Part shown: one piece after another, positions 42,030-52,487 of the stretch
How positions within the stretch are numbered: position 1 is the first letter of the stretch
How the letters are laid out: each line of letters begins with the position of its first letter
Origin: an uncultured virus (IMG/VR IMGVR_UViG_3300044619_001509)
Taxonomy: Duplodnaviria > Heunggongvirae > Uroviricota > Caudoviricetes
DNA length: 64,000 nt
Reading direction: 5' to 3' (one strand)
IMG/VR virus record: IMGVR_UViG_3300044619_001509
Notes under the pieces: model-generated
Told to the model about the DNA's origin: nothing
Databases searched by the model: none
What the model saw: only the letters and a program-made list of their open reading frames with translations
Program-made: the position numbers and the translations under genes

Positions 42030-42703
42030 AAATTGTTTCTTATTCACTATTTGGAAATAGTCCAAGATACACAATAAATGGACTAATAAATGCAGATTTA
42101 TGTGCAGAATTCTATCCAGAATGGACTTGCAGAATATACCATGATGGTACAGTACCAAATAATGTATTAAGTGCTTTGGGTCAAAAAAAGCATGTAGAAT
42201 TAGTTTTGTGTAATAGATTTACTGGTCATTCTAGGAGAATGATGCGATTTCTTGCCTACGATAATTGTTCTGTTTTTATTTCTAGGGATATTGACAGTTA
42301 CATTAATAAACGAGAAGCATCGGCTGTACACGAATGGTTAGAATCTGATAAAAATTTACATATTATGAGAGATCATCCGCACCATAAAAATAAAATACAA
42401 GCGGGAATGTTTGGTTTAAAAAAATCATCTAAATTAAATAGCATGTCTTCATTAATAGATGGTTTTTTGAATTCTTCAAATAACTATTTGAGTATGGATG
42501 AAAAATTTTTAACTGATAAAGTATATGATAATTTTTTAAATGATATGATAGTACATGATGATTACAATTTTTATTCGGATCAAACAAATAAATGGAAAGA
42601 ACCCATAATAAATAATGACGAGTATGGGCAATTTATTGGAAGAGCGCAATATCCTCCTTCAATACATCAAGAAAAATTTAAATATTATGAAAGTAAAATA
42701 TGA
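42026..42703 (+). CDS. Putative glycosyltransferase
   Basis: SYSLFG..Y..G, SRDIDS, HIMRDHP.H, AGMFG. Confidence 0.7.
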   Translation: MKIVSYSLFGNSPRYTINGLINADLCAEFYPEWTCRIYHDGTVPNNVLSALGQKKHVELVLCNRFTGHSRRMMRFLAYDNCSVFISRDIDSYINKREASAVHEWLESDKNLHIMRDHPHHKNKIQAGMFGLKKSSKLNSMSSLIDGFLNSSNNYLSMDEKFLTDKVYDNFLNDMIVHDDYNFYSDQTNKWKEPIINNDEYGQFIGRAQYPPSIHQEKFKYYESKI

Positions 42704-43479
42704 AAGTAGATAATGTAATTGTAAGTTCAACATGCGATTCTTACTATTTGGATTTTTGGCCTATAGTCTCTAGAATATGGAAAGTAAAATTTAATTACAA
42801 TCCTGTATTATTTTTGGTTCATAGTGATAAGTCGGTAAAAGTTTCTGAAGAATATGGTAAGGTTATTTACTTTGAACCAATAACGGATATTCCTTTGCAT
42901 ATACAGGCACAATGTTCTAGATATTGGCTTCCTGTTACAGACTTAAATGCAACTTGGATGACCTCTGACATTGATATGTTACCCATTTCTAAACAATATT
43001 TTATTGATAATTTACGACATATTCCAGACGATAAATTTGTTAATATGAATGCAAGAGGAGTGGGTATATTTCCTTGTTGTTATAATGTTGCAAAAGGAAG
43101 TACATTTAAAGAGATATTAGATTTACCCGATTCTTATGAAGAATATTTAAAACAAACAAGATGGTGGGAATTTAAAAAAGATCATACTCACAGTCCTCAA
43201 AATAGCGGATTTGAATTATATCATTGGGGAATTGATGAATATTATCCAAATAGAAAAATGGAACAATACCCATACAAAGAAAGATTTGTATTAACTGGAA
43301 GAAATGGTTCTCCCGCAAGAGATACATGTCCACTAAGAGTAGATCGACAAAGATACGATGCATGGGATGAAAATGGAGTCAGGACTGAACGATATTTGGA
43401 TGCTCATAGTCTAAGGCCTTATCATATCCATAAAGAAAAAATAGATAGATTAGTTTCTCTTATAATGAAAGAAGCATAA
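42700..43479 (+). CDS. Putative glycosyltransferase
   Basis: YLDFWP, TSDIDMLP, DAHSLRP. Confidence 0.65.
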   Translation: MKVDNVIVSSTCDSYYLDFWPIVSRIWKVKFNYNPVLFLVHSDKSVKVSEEYGKVIYFEPITDIPLHIQAQCSRYWLPVTDLNATWMTSDIDMLPISKQYFIDNLRHIPDDKFVNMNARGVGIFPCCYNVAKGSTFKEILDLPDSYEEYLKQTRWWEFKKDHTHSPQNSGFELYHWGIDEYYPNRKMEQYPYKERFVLTGRNGSPARDTCPLRVDRQRYDAWDENGVRTERYLDAHSLRPYHIHKEKIDRLVSLIMKEA

Positions 43480-43480
43480 A

Positions 43481-44281
43481 ATGATATCAATAAATCATTT
43501 CGGAAGAGCAGGAAGATTAGGAAATCAAATATTTCAATTTGCACTTTTATTCTTTTTAAATAAGAAAAAGGGTTATCAAATAAATTTACCAATTGTAGAT
43601 TGTCAATTTTGGAAATGCTTTGATTTGCAAAATATAAACATTTCTCATCATTTAAATAATCCAAATAGGATATTTCATGAAAGATTTGGTTCTTGTAATT
43701 TCGATGAATTAGTCTTACAACAAGATGACAACACTACATTTGATGGTTATTATCAGTCATATATGTATTTTGACTCTGTAAAAAATGATTTAATAGATTG
43801 TTTAAAGTTTAAGCAGCACATAATAGATGAAGGAAATTTGGAGTATAAAAAATACTCAAATAAAAAAACAGTCAGTATGCACATAAGAAGAACAGATTAT
43901 TTGGATCATGTTAATGTATGGGGTGATTTGTTTGCCGATAAATTTTACGACGAAGCATTAAAAACCGTAAATGATGATACTGAAAATGTTTTAATATTTA
44001 CTGATGATAATGATTTTGCAAGAAAACATTTTAATAAACCAAATTATTTTATCATAGATAAAGATGAATATGTTTCTTTGTATATGATGACATTATGTGA
44101 TAGGCATATCATGTCCAATAGTTCATTTGCGTGGTGGGGGGCATATTTGAGTGGTAAAGAAAATATTATTTGCCCAAAACCTTGGTGGCCAATAACACAC
44201 CCAGGCCAAAATAGTGTACAAAAAAATATTACAAAACCAGAATGGGCGCATATAAAATGCTTCGATCAGAAAGGAAAATAA
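43481..44281 (+). CDS. GT11 alpha-1,2-fucosyltransferase-like
   Basis: GRLGNQIFQ, HIRRTDY, SNSSFAWWGAYL. Confidence 0.9.
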   Translation: MISINHFGRAGRLGNQIFQFALLFFLNKKKGYQINLPIVDCQFWKCFDLQNINISHHLNNPNRIFHERFGSCNFDELVLQQDDNTTFDGYYQSYMYFDSVKNDLIDCLKFKQHIIDEGNLEYKKYSNKKTVSMHIRRTDYLDHVNVWGDLFADKFYDEALKTVNDDTENVLIFTDDNDFARKHFNKPNYFIIDKDEYVSLYMMTLCDRHIMSNSSFAWWGAYLSGKENIICPKPWWPITHPGQNSVQKNITKPEWAHIKCFDQKGK

Positions 44282-44911
44282 ATGTTAATTAACTTAAATT
44301 TTTTGTCACAGAAGTATAAATTTATTCCAAAAGGGGTTATACACTGTGGAGCGCATATGTGTGAAGAAAAACGAGATTATGATTCTCTTGGAATTAAAAA
44401 TGTAATATGGATAGAAGGTAATCCAGAAATTTTTGAAAGTATAAAACTATTAAACGAAGTAAAAAATGATATTGTTCTCAATGAATTATTGTGGGAAAAT
44501 TCAGATCAAGAATTACAATTTCATATAACAAACAATGGTCAATCTTCTTCGATTTTACAATTAGAAAAACATCTTCAGTATCACCCAGAAGTTCATAATA
44601 TAAAAACAATAACAAGAAAAACAAAAACATTAAATAGTATTTTTAAAGAAAACAATTTTGATATAAACAAATATGATTTTATAAATTTAGATTTACAGGG
44701 AGTTGAGTTAAATGTATTAAAAGGATTTGATCAATATCTTTCTCATATTAAATACATTTATACAGAAGTAAATACAGGAGAAGTTTATAAAAATTGTTCA
44801 AAAATGAATGAAATAGATTCTTATCTTAAAAATTATGGATTTGAAAGAGTAGAGACAAATGTGACTAGGGCAGAATGGGGAGATGCATTTTACATTAAGG
44901 AAAACATATGA
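44282..44911 (+). CDS. FkbM-family methyltransferase
   Basis: IHCGAH, NLDLQGVEL.VLKG, IYTEV. Confidence 0.88.
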   Translation: MLINLNFLSQKYKFIPKGVIHCGAHMCEEKRDYDSLGIKNVIWIEGNPEIFESIKLLNEVKNDIVLNELLWENSDQELQFHITNNGQSSSILQLEKHLQYHPEVHNIKTITRKTKTLNSIFKENNFDINKYDFINLDLQGVELNVLKGFDQYLSHIKYIYTEVNTGEVYKNCSKMNEIDSYLKNYGFERVETNVTRAEWGDAFYIKENI

Positions 44912-45597
44912 AAAAATTAGCATTTGATATTGGAGCAAACATTGGAGAATTTACAAAATCTATTTTAGATAAATTTGAAAAAATAGTTTGTTTTGATCCA
45001 ATTGAAGAATGTTTGTTAAAATTAAAATCTTCTGATTTTTATGATAAAAATAAAATAATTTTAGAAAATATAGCTATATCAGATAGGGATGAAGAACAAT
45101 TATTCTATATTTGTGAAGATAGTATCAAAACACCATGTTATGCCATATCTTCTTTAAATTATGATTGGACTATTAAATCTAGATTTGTTGATATGACGCA
45201 CTACAACGAATCTTTAAAATTAATCGAAAAATGTCATGTTTTCAATAAAACAATAAATGTAAAATGTAATACACTAGAGACAATTATTAAAAAATATGGT
45301 GTGCCAGATTTTATTAAAATAGATGTAGAAGGACATGAATTTATTATTTTAAATAATTTTAATTTATTATTAGAAAATACGGTTTTTTGCTTTGAATGGA
45401 CGGAAGAATTTAAAAATGAATTATTAAATACGATAGAACATCTAGATGCTTTAGGTTATAAAAAATTTTATTGTTTATATGAAGATAAATTTTTAGAAAC
45501 GATACCCGAATGGAAAGATAAAAATTCATTCCTAGATTTTAATTCTTTTATTCCACAAAGAAAACAATTATGGGGCATGATATATTTTAGGAAATAA
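44908..45597 (+). CDS. FkbM-family methyltransferase
   Basis: FDIGANIG, FIKIDVEGHE. Confidence 0.88.
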   Translation: MKKLAFDIGANIGEFTKSILDKFEKIVCFDPIEECLLKLKSSDFYDKNKIILENIAISDRDEEQLFYICEDSIKTPCYAISSLNYDWTIKSRFVDMTHYNESLKLIEKCHVFNKTINVKCNTLETIIKKYGVPDFIKIDVEGHEFIILNNFNLLLENTVFCFEWTEEFKNELLNTIEHLDALGYKKFYCLYEDKFLETIPEWKDKNSFLDFNSFIPQRKQLWGMIYFRK

Positions 45598-45601
45598 AAA
45601 T

Positions 45602-46132
45602 ATGAAAAGTAGATTAGAATTAGTATCATTATTAAAAGAATTGAAACTACCATTAATAGTTGCAGAAGTTGGGGTTGCTGAAGGCAGATTCAGTTTAGAT
45701 TTTTTAAAAGCTGGTGTGGAAAAGCTCTATTTAATAGATGCATGGGAAGCACTGAATCAAAAAGGTGATGGTGGTTTTGGTAAAGAATGGCATGATGATA
45801 ATTATAATGGTATGCTTTCTAGAATAGATACTTTTAAAGATAAAGTTTATATTTTAAGGGGATTATCGTGCGAGATGGCAAAACAAATAAAAAACGATGA
45901 ATTATCAATGGTATACATTGATGCAGATCATTCGTATAATGGGGTTAAAAGAGATTTAAATGCTTTTTATCCAAAAGTAAAAAGTGGTGGTATAATTGCG
46001 GGGCATGATTATACTAATTTGGATTATGGCGTATTTCAAGCAGTTGATGAATTTTGTAAAGAAAATAATTACATACCAATATTAATTCCAGAAAATGGGC
46101 ACGATTCTAGTTTTTATTTTATAAAAAGGTGA
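45602..46132 (+). CDS. Class I SAM methyltransferase (Methyltransf_24-like)
   Basis: AEVGV..G, YIDADHSY..V..D, GG.IAGHDY. Confidence 0.88.
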   Translation: MKSRLELVSLLKELKLPLIVAEVGVAEGRFSLDFLKAGVEKLYLIDAWEALNQKGDGGFGKEWHDDNYNGMLSRIDTFKDKVYILRGLSCEMAKQIKNDELSMVYIDADHSYNGVKRDLNAFYPKVKSGGIIAGHDYTNLDYGVFQAVDEFCKENNYIPILIPENGHDSSFYFIKR

Positions 46133-46138
46133 TTACAA

Positions 46139-46834
46139 ATGAAATATACATTAGCAATAACAACAAGAAATAGAATATCTTTTTTAAAAGATAGTCTTCC
46201 ATATCACTCTTCGTTTGATGAAATAGATGAAATCATAGTAAATGATGATGTTAGTGATGACTACGAACAAATTAAAAAATTAAATATACCAAAAGTAAAA
46301 TGTTTTAAAAATGATATAAACTTGGGTGTTTTTAGAAATAAATTAAAAACAGCATCCTTATCTAATAATGATTGGATAATATTATTTGATAGTGATAATA
46401 GATTAGACAAAAAATATTTGGATTCTATAAAAAATATATCTTTAGATGAAAATACTGTATATTGTCCAACATTTGCGATGCCAGAATTGGATTATACAAG
46501 ATTAAATAATAAATTTATTTTAAAAAATAATTTTGTATCTTTTGTTTCTCAATCGTTTTACGATGCCGCATTGAATACTTGTAATTTTTTAATATCAAAA
46601 AAAGTAGTAAATGTGTTGTTGGAAGAATCTGAAAAATATATTACAAAATGGAATTATATTCCAAATGCACATGACAGTATTGTAATTAATTATTTAATAT
46701 TAAAAAATAATTTTAATTTATATTTTTTAGAAAATATGCATTATCATCATAATTGTAGTATAAATGCAAATTATAATCAAACAGTAAAAATCTCTAAACC
46801 CCTACATGAAGTAATAAACACATTTGAGTTTTAA
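46139..46834 (+). CDS. GT2-family glycosyltransferase
   Basis: AITTRNR, IIVNDDVSD, LFDSD. Confidence 0.8.
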   Translation: MKYTLAITTRNRISFLKDSLPYHSSFDEIDEIIVNDDVSDDYEQIKKLNIPKVKCFKNDINLGVFRNKLKTASLSNNDWIILFDSDNRLDKKYLDSIKNISLDENTVYCPTFAMPELDYTRLNNKFILKNNFVSFVSQSFYDAALNTCNFLISKKVVNVLLEESEKYITKWNYIPNAHDSIVINYLILKNNFNLYFLENMHYHHNCSINANYNQTVKISKPLHEVINTFEF

Positions 46835-46836
46835 TT

Positions 46837-47580
46837 ATGAACATATTTAACACAAATAATTTGTATGCATCTTATATCAATTTAGATCATAGAATTGATA
46901 GAAATCAGCACATGCAGCAAGAATTAAGTAAAGCAGGAATTTTAGCTTCAAGAACCAGAGGAATTTTACCACATGAATTTGTGGGTTCGGAATATAAAGT
47001 TTCTGTGATGAGAAAAAGAACGCCTGGTGCTATTGGTTGTCATTATTCCCAAGTAAAGGTCATGGAGGACGCATTAAAACAAAATAAACATGCTTTAGTA
47101 ATGGAAGATGATTTAATTTTTTGTAGTGATATTCAAGATAGATTTTTTCATATAAATTCTTTTTTGGAAAATAAAGAATGGGATATATTTTGGTTAGGTG
47201 GAACATATCATTTACAACCAACTTGGCATAGTATTCCTCATTATAGAGAATTACCACAGTGTAATTGTAATTTAAATAGAGATTGGGAACCGACAGAAGA
47301 TTGTAAAATAGTAAAAACATATGGTTGTTGGTCAACATATGCTTATATTGTTAATATTAAATCTATACCTAAAATATTAAACTTATTGGATCAAAATGTT
47401 CATATGAGTATGGGAATAGATTGGTTATTTATTTTATTGCAACCTAACTTAAATACATTTGCATTTAATCCTGGCTGTGTAAAGCAATTAGATAATAAAA
47501 GCGATATAGGAAACGGAGATACCATCTTTAGTGCCTTTTCTTGTCTTGGTAAACATTGGTGGTCGGATAAGATGAATTAA
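46837..47580 (+). CDS. GT25-family glycosyltransferase
   Basis: YINLDHR.DR, GC..S, LVMEDD. Confidence 0.85.
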   Translation: MNIFNTNNLYASYINLDHRIDRNQHMQQELSKAGILASRTRGILPHEFVGSEYKVSVMRKRTPGAIGCHYSQVKVMEDALKQNKHALVMEDDLIFCSDIQDRFFHINSFLENKEWDIFWLGGTYHLQPTWHSIPHYRELPQCNCNLNRDWEPTEDCKIVKTYGCWSTYAYIVNIKSIPKILNLLDQNVHMSMGIDWLFILLQPNLNTFAFNPGCVKQLDNKSDIGNGDTIFSAFSCLGKHWWSDKMN

Positions 47581-47581
47581 A

Positions 47582-48442
47582 ATGTGTATAATACTTTATC
47601 ATAGAAAAACAAAAATTCCAAATCATTTGAATGATTGTGTAGCAAAGATAAGACAATATTCAAAAATACCAATATATTTAATTACAGATTCTGATTATAA
47701 TAATGAAAATGTAATAACAATTAATTCCAAAAAATACGATAATTTAAATTGGTTGGACGATTTTTATACTGGTGTTTATTACAGAAATGATCAAGAATAT
47801 CATATGTGGAGAGAGTCTTCGTATAGATTTTTTTATATAGAAAAATTAATAGAAGAGAAAAATTTAGTTAATGTTTTAACTTTTGATAATGATGTTTTAT
47901 TATATGAAAATCCAGATAAAATCATAGAAAAAATAAATTTAAAATATACAAAAGTAACCATAACACCACAAAATATAAATGAAGTTGTTATGGGTATGTG
48001 TTATATTCCATCTCCCGAATCAATAAAAAATATTGTAAATTATTTTAAAAATGAATATAGTTTGACTCAGGAAAAATTAAAACAAAAATATGATGGTTAT
48101 CCCACAGAAATGCGACTATTGGCAAAATATAATGATTTAAATTTTTTTCCAATATTACCAGATGGTTTAGTATCGGATAGATATTCAAATAATTTTAATT
48201 ATTTTAATTCTGTTTTTGATCCTGCTGGTTATGGGATGTATATTGGCGGACTCTCTCCTATGAATGAAACAATACCAAAACCAGGCTGGTTTCATTCATA
48301 TCAAGAAATAGGAAAACAAATAGGTTTGGGGAATATTAAAATTATTTTTGAGAATAGAAATCCTTATTTGATTTACAATAATACAAGAATTAAAATAAAT
48401 AATTTACATATTCATTCAAAAGAAACACATAAGTACATGTAG
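47582..48442 (+). CDS. Putative glycosyltransferase
   Basis: RFFYI, DNDVLLY, FDPA.YGMY.GG, NLHIHSK. Confidence 0.65.
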   Translation: MCIILYHRKTKIPNHLNDCVAKIRQYSKIPIYLITDSDYNNENVITINSKKYDNLNWLDDFYTGVYYRNDQEYHMWRESSYRFFYIEKLIEEKNLVNVLTFDNDVLLYENPDKIIEKINLKYTKVTITPQNINEVVMGMCYIPSPESIKNIVNYFKNEYSLTQEKLKQKYDGYPTEMRLLAKYNDLNFFPILPDGLVSDRYSNNFNYFNSVFDPAGYGMYIGGLSPMNETIPKPGWFHSYQEIGKQIGLGNIKIIFENRNPYLIYNNTRIKINNLHIHSKETHKYM

Positions 48443-48450
48443 GAATTATT

Positions 48451-49215
48451 ATGATACCGTATGACGAATATATCTGGGGTGATAAATTTAAAGTTTGTTT
48501 TTCTAATATAGAAAATATAAGTTTTTCTAATTTTCCAGATGGAAATTATATAAGAAAAACATTATCAAAAGATGCAAAAATTATTATTTCTCACAATGGA
48601 GACGAACCAGTTACATGTGATTTGATAAACGAGTATCCTAATTGTAAGTATTGGTTTGGTCAAAATATTATGTGTGAAAATAATAAAGCAATACCTCTTC
48701 CTATTGGATTGGAAAATGATTATATTACTGGTCAACCAGAAAGAAAGTACATTTTACAACAAAAATCTAATTTGAATATTGTTCCTACTAGATTAGCATA
48801 TCTTAATTGTAGCGTAAGTACACATAGACAAGATAGACAGCCTGCATTTGATTATTTTTCTAGACAAAATTGGTGTGATGTGAGAGTTCCTTATGGAAAT
48901 TATTATGGATTTTGTGATGATATTTTGAATCATCATTTTTCCATATCACCAAGAGGAAATGGATTAGATTGTCATAGGAGTTGGGAAATTTTATATTTAG
49001 GTCGATATCCTGTAATGAAAAAATATTATGGATTACAAAAATTATTCGAAGATTTGCCAGTAGTTTTTGTTGATGATTGGACACAGGTTAGTGAAGAATT
49101 TTTAAACAAAGAACTTGAAAAGATACAAAGAACTTCCTATAATTATGATAAACTCAAATTTAGTTATTGGAAAAATTTAATAGAAAACACATATAATGAT
49201 AATAGAAACAAATGA
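48451..49215 (+). CDS. Exostosin/GT47-like glycosyltransferase
   Basis: PLPIGLEN, FSISPRGNGLDCHRSWE.LYLG. Confidence 0.75.
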   Translation: MIPYDEYIWGDKFKVCFSNIENISFSNFPDGNYIRKTLSKDAKIIISHNGDEPVTCDLINEYPNCKYWFGQNIMCENNKAIPLPIGLENDYITGQPERKYILQQKSNLNIVPTRLAYLNCSVSTHRQDRQPAFDYFSRQNWCDVRVPYGNYYGFCDDILNHHFSISPRGNGLDCHRSWEILYLGRYPVMKKYYGLQKLFEDLPVVFVDDWTQVSEEFLNKELEKIQRTSYNYDKLKFSYWKNLIENTYNDNRNK

Positions 49216-49417
49216 AGTGAACATAAATCAAGAAATAGAAAAAATAGTATCACAAAACAAGGACGGATATATTCAAGCAATTCTCACTTTCTGTGAAGAA
49301 AAAAATATAGATCCATCCTATATTGCAAAATTTATATCTAAACCAATAATAGAAAAAATACGAGCAGAGGGAGAATCAATAAATCTTCTTCAAAAATCTG
49401 CTCGTCTTCCGTTATAA
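49196..49417 (+). CDS. gp33: Late promoter transcription coactivator gp33
   Basis: YIQAIL.FCEE.NID...AKFISKPI.EKI..E...N; adjacent to gp32. Confidence 0.85.
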   Translation: MIIETNEVNINQEIEKIVSQNKDGYIQAILTFCEEKNIDPSYIAKFISKPIIEKIRAEGESINLLQKSARLPL

Positions 49418-49423
49418 ATACAC

Positions 49424-49451
49424 TTGACAAACGAACATACATCGTTATAAT
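49424..49451 (+). promoter_or_regulatory. sigma70-type promoter of gp32 (late promoter at 49413)
   Basis: TTGACA-16-TATAAT. Confidence 0.8.
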
Positions 49452-49487
49452 TACACAAACAGTACAATTCGTACAAGGAGAACAAAT

Positions 49488-50402
49488 ATGTCGTTTAAGG
49501 ATATGAAGAAAAATTCGTTGTCTAGCATTGATCGTCTTACTCAAGAAGCTAGCAAGTTGACCAAGAAAAGCGAATCTTACAAGGATGATCGTTTTTGGAA
49601 ACTTGAAGTAGATCAAGCAGGAAATGGTATTGCTACCATTCGTTTCCTTCCCGCAGCAGAAGGTGAAGATGTTCCTTGGGTTCGTCTTTTCACTCACGGA
49701 TTTAAGGGGCCTGGTGGTTGGTACATTGAGAATTCGTTAACCACGATTGGCCAAAAGGATCCCGTATCTGAAATGAATACGGTTCTTTGGAACTCAGGAA
49801 ATGACAGAGACAAGGAAATTGCTAGGGCTCGCAAGCGTAAGTTAAATTACATTGCAAATATTCTTGTTGTTTCTGATCCAAAGCATCCAGAGAATGAAGG
49901 AAAGGTCTTCCTTTTCAAGTTCGGTAAGCAAATCTTTGACAAGATTATGGAGAAGTTGAAGCCTGAATTCCAAGATGAAGATATTACAAATGTTTTTGAT
50001 TATTGGACAGGAGCAAACTTTAAAATCAAGCAGCGCAAGGTAGATGGTTATCCAAACTTCCTAAAGAGTGATTTTGAGGAATCTTCTGCATTGTTTGGTG
50101 GAGATGACAAGAAACTTGAGGAAATGTGGAAGAAGCAGTACAAGTTGAATGAATTTGTCAGTGCTTCCAACTTCAAATCTTATCAGGAACTTAAGTCTAG
50201 ATTGGATCGGGTTCTTGGTGGTACATCCGATGCTACCGCGACAGCGGAAGCGTTTGATGAGGATGATGAACTTCCTAGATCAAAACCCGCTCCTGCTATG
50301 AAGCAAAAAGCACCTCCAAAGGTTTCTTCGCAAGATGAAGATGTGGATGATGAAGAGGAAAGCACTCTTGATTACTTCAAGAAGTTAGCAGAACAAGACT
50401 AA
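49488..50402 (+). CDS. gp32: ssDNA-binding protein gp32
   Basis: DDRFWK, GNG.A.IRFLP, WYIENSLTT, FKFGK.IFDKI, acidic tail. Confidence 0.97.
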   Translation: MSFKDMKKNSLSSIDRLTQEASKLTKKSESYKDDRFWKLEVDQAGNGIATIRFLPAAEGEDVPWVRLFTHGFKGPGGWYIENSLTTIGQKDPVSEMNTVLWNSGNDRDKEIARARKRKLNYIANILVVSDPKHPENEGKVFLFKFGKQIFDKIMEKLKPEFQDEDITNVFDYWTGANFKIKQRKVDGYPNFLKSDFEESSALFGGDDKKLEEMWKKQYKLNEFVSASNFKSYQELKSRLDRVLGGTSDATATAEAFDEDDELPRSKPAPAMKQKAPPKVSSQDEDVDDEEESTLDYFKKLAEQD

Positions 50403-50439
50403 ATACAATGCCCCACTTGAGATGAGGATCTCAGGTCCG

Positions 50440-50468
50440 ACAACCCCCGTGAGGGGGTTGTTTCTTTA
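50440..50468. terminator. Bidirectional terminator
   Basis: ACAACCCCC-GTGA-GGGGGTTGT. Confidence 0.8.
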
Positions 50469-52295
50469 TGTGATAGCAATCTTCATGTTCTTTTCTAGAA
50501 TCATTTCAAACACAGAATCGAATGTTTTTGTCAAATCTGTTTGATACTGGAAGTTTACTCCCTGATCTCCACCCCCACCACCAGAATTGTTATTTGAAAC
50601 ATTATTAATCACGATTGGTTGATTTGATTCTCTTGATGCATCTTTTTCGTCAAAGTATGTGTCTCTAATGATGTTTGTAATATCCTCAGAATTATCAACT
50701 GGTTGAATGATATTGTCTTGCTTTTTCATAATATCATACTCATCAAGAGGAACAACCGCTTCTGGTTTCATGTCTTCTGAGATATTTGTTAATACACCCT
50801 TAGAAGTTTTTGGATAAACAACAGCACCAGTTGCTGCCATCGGAGGAGTTTCCATTGATTGTATTTGAGATTGTATTATACCATCAACTTCCGATTGTTC
50901 TTGTTTTTCTAATGCTTGCTTTGCACTATATTTTTTCTTTAGTGCATCTGCTCGTCCTGATGGTCTACCAAATTCTGTATCTATTATTTTTCTATTTTCT
51001 TCGTATAATGGTTTTGAATTTCCCCAATCAAAAGTCAATCCTTGTCCACTTGGTAAATCATATCCCAAACCAAATAAAGTATCCACATCTGGATCTTCTT
51101 TTAAAGATTCTTTGAATAGCGGACTCATTTCAGTTAATTGTTCTTTTGTTTGATCTGACAATCTATTATCAGATCTCAATCGTTTAATAATCGAAAGGTG
51201 TTCTCCGTGTAAATTTTCCAATACAGATTTGAACGCTTCTCTTCCACCAAGAACAGCATTGGATGCCGACCAACCACCTTGGTTTTCCCATTGAGTCATG
51301 GTCATAGCCAAACGATCTCTGAACGATTCATCGAAATTTGTTATTTCTTTGGCAAAATCTCTTGATGCTTTTTGTTCTTCTGAGAGGTTTTTATCTTCTT
51401 CATATACTGCTTTTGCTGCTTCATTTATTTCTTCAATTGTTTTACCACTTGGAAGTACCGTTCTTCCTGCGTACATACCAGAATGAATGTCAATTACATT
51501 TGTTGCGGGTTGATATGACACTCCTTCTTCTGGTGTTGCTGTTTTCATTTCAGATTCTGTCACATATGAAACATTACCAGTTTCGTCTGTTTTTTCGAAT
51601 ACCTTTTCACCAGTATTCGTAGTAACTTGTTCTTGAGTTGTTGCGGTATTTACTTTTTCTAATGATTTATTTGCATCTTCTAATATTTTTTCTTGATATG
51701 GTTTTAAAAATTTATCATACAACTGATCACCAATTAAATAACCAATCGCACCCGCTGCTAAAAGTAAAAAAGGCGCACTAGTTATAATTCCACCGATCAA
51801 GGAAATCAAGGCACCACCCAATGCCGAAAGTGCGGCAATACCCAATCCGAGCAATTTTCCTAATAATGGACTCTTAAATAAATCCATTACATAATCAAAT
51901 ATTCCCTTACCATCATCAGAATCGCCAGAGATTTCCAGATTTTTCATTGTGTCATTTAGCGTTGATAATTTAGAAATAATTTCTGCATTTTGTTTTTCTG
52001 TTATTTCTGCTTGTTTTTCTTCCTTCAATGACTTTTCTTTAGCATCTTCTGCTAATTTTTCTGATGCCAACTTATTACTTTCATCTCTTTGATCGTTTGC
52101 ATCCTTTAATGTTTCCAAGATGGAATTCAATGCTTTATCTGATGATTTAAGTTGAATCGAAAATATAGATTTGAGCATTGGAATAGATTCTTCCAATAAC
52201 TCTAAAATTTCCTTTGAACGATCTGTTTGTGGTTTTTTCACAGAATTCATAGGAATTGATGGTGTGTTTTGTGGTATTGAACCTATATTTTGCAT
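50466..52295 (-). CDS. Baseplate hub / tail length determinator (gp29-like)
   Basis: Synteny after gp51; coiled coil, hydrophobic stretch and N-rich C-terminus. Confidence 0.6.
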   Translation of the reverse strand: MQNIGSIPQNTPSIPMNSVKKPQTDRSKEILELLEESIPMLKSIFSIQLKSSDKALNSILETLKDANDQRDESNKLASEKLAEDAKEKSLKEEKQAEITEKQNAEIISKLSTLNDTMKNLEISGDSDDGKGIFDYVMDLFKSPLLGKLLGLGIAALSALGGALISLIGGIITSAPFLLLAAGAIGYLIGDQLYDKFLKPYQEKILEDANKSLEKVNTATTQEQVTTNTGEKVFEKTDETGNVSYVTESEMKTATPEEGVSYQPATNVIDIHSGMYAGRTVLPSGKTIEEINEAAKAVYEEDKNLSEEQKASRDFAKEITNFDESFRDRLAMTMTQWENQGGWSASNAVLGGREAFKSVLENLHGEHLSIIKRLRSDNRLSDQTKEQLTEMSPLFKESLKEDPDVDTLFGLGYDLPSGQGLTFDWGNSKPLYEENRKIIDTEFGRPSGRADALKKKYSAKQALEKQEQSEVDGIIQSQIQSMETPPMAATGAVVYPKTSKGVLTNISEDMKPEAVVPLDEYDIMKKQDNIIQPVDNSEDITNIIRDTYFDEKDASRESNQPIVINNVSNNNSGGGGGDQGVNFQYQTDLTKTFDSVFEMILEKNMKIAIT

Positions 52296-52301
52296 TGAAT
52301 A

Positions 52302-52487
52302 TTACCTTAACATTTGTTGGCGTCTTGCTCGTTCTGCTTTCTCTTTCATACTTTTAATGTAAAGATTAATGTAAATATATCTTTCCCACGGAATCATATT
52401 TTCTAAATCGTGTAAGTTATAAATTTCACTTTCCATTAAACAATAATTATTTTTATACATGGATTCCAATGATTCCATGCTCATCAT
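52302..52487 (-). CDS. gp51: Baseplate hub assembly catalyst gp51
   Basis: Y..NY.LM...Y.L.DLENMIPWER.IY..L. Confidence 0.85.
   Translation of the reverse strand: MMSMESLESMYKNNYCLMESEIYNLHDLENMIPWERYIYINLYIKSMKEKAERARRQQMLR

Noticed and set aside
50399..50468. Short late RNA after gp32 (CTAAATA plus two hairpins)
   Set aside because: Adequately explained as the gp32 3' UTR and a bidirectional terminator.
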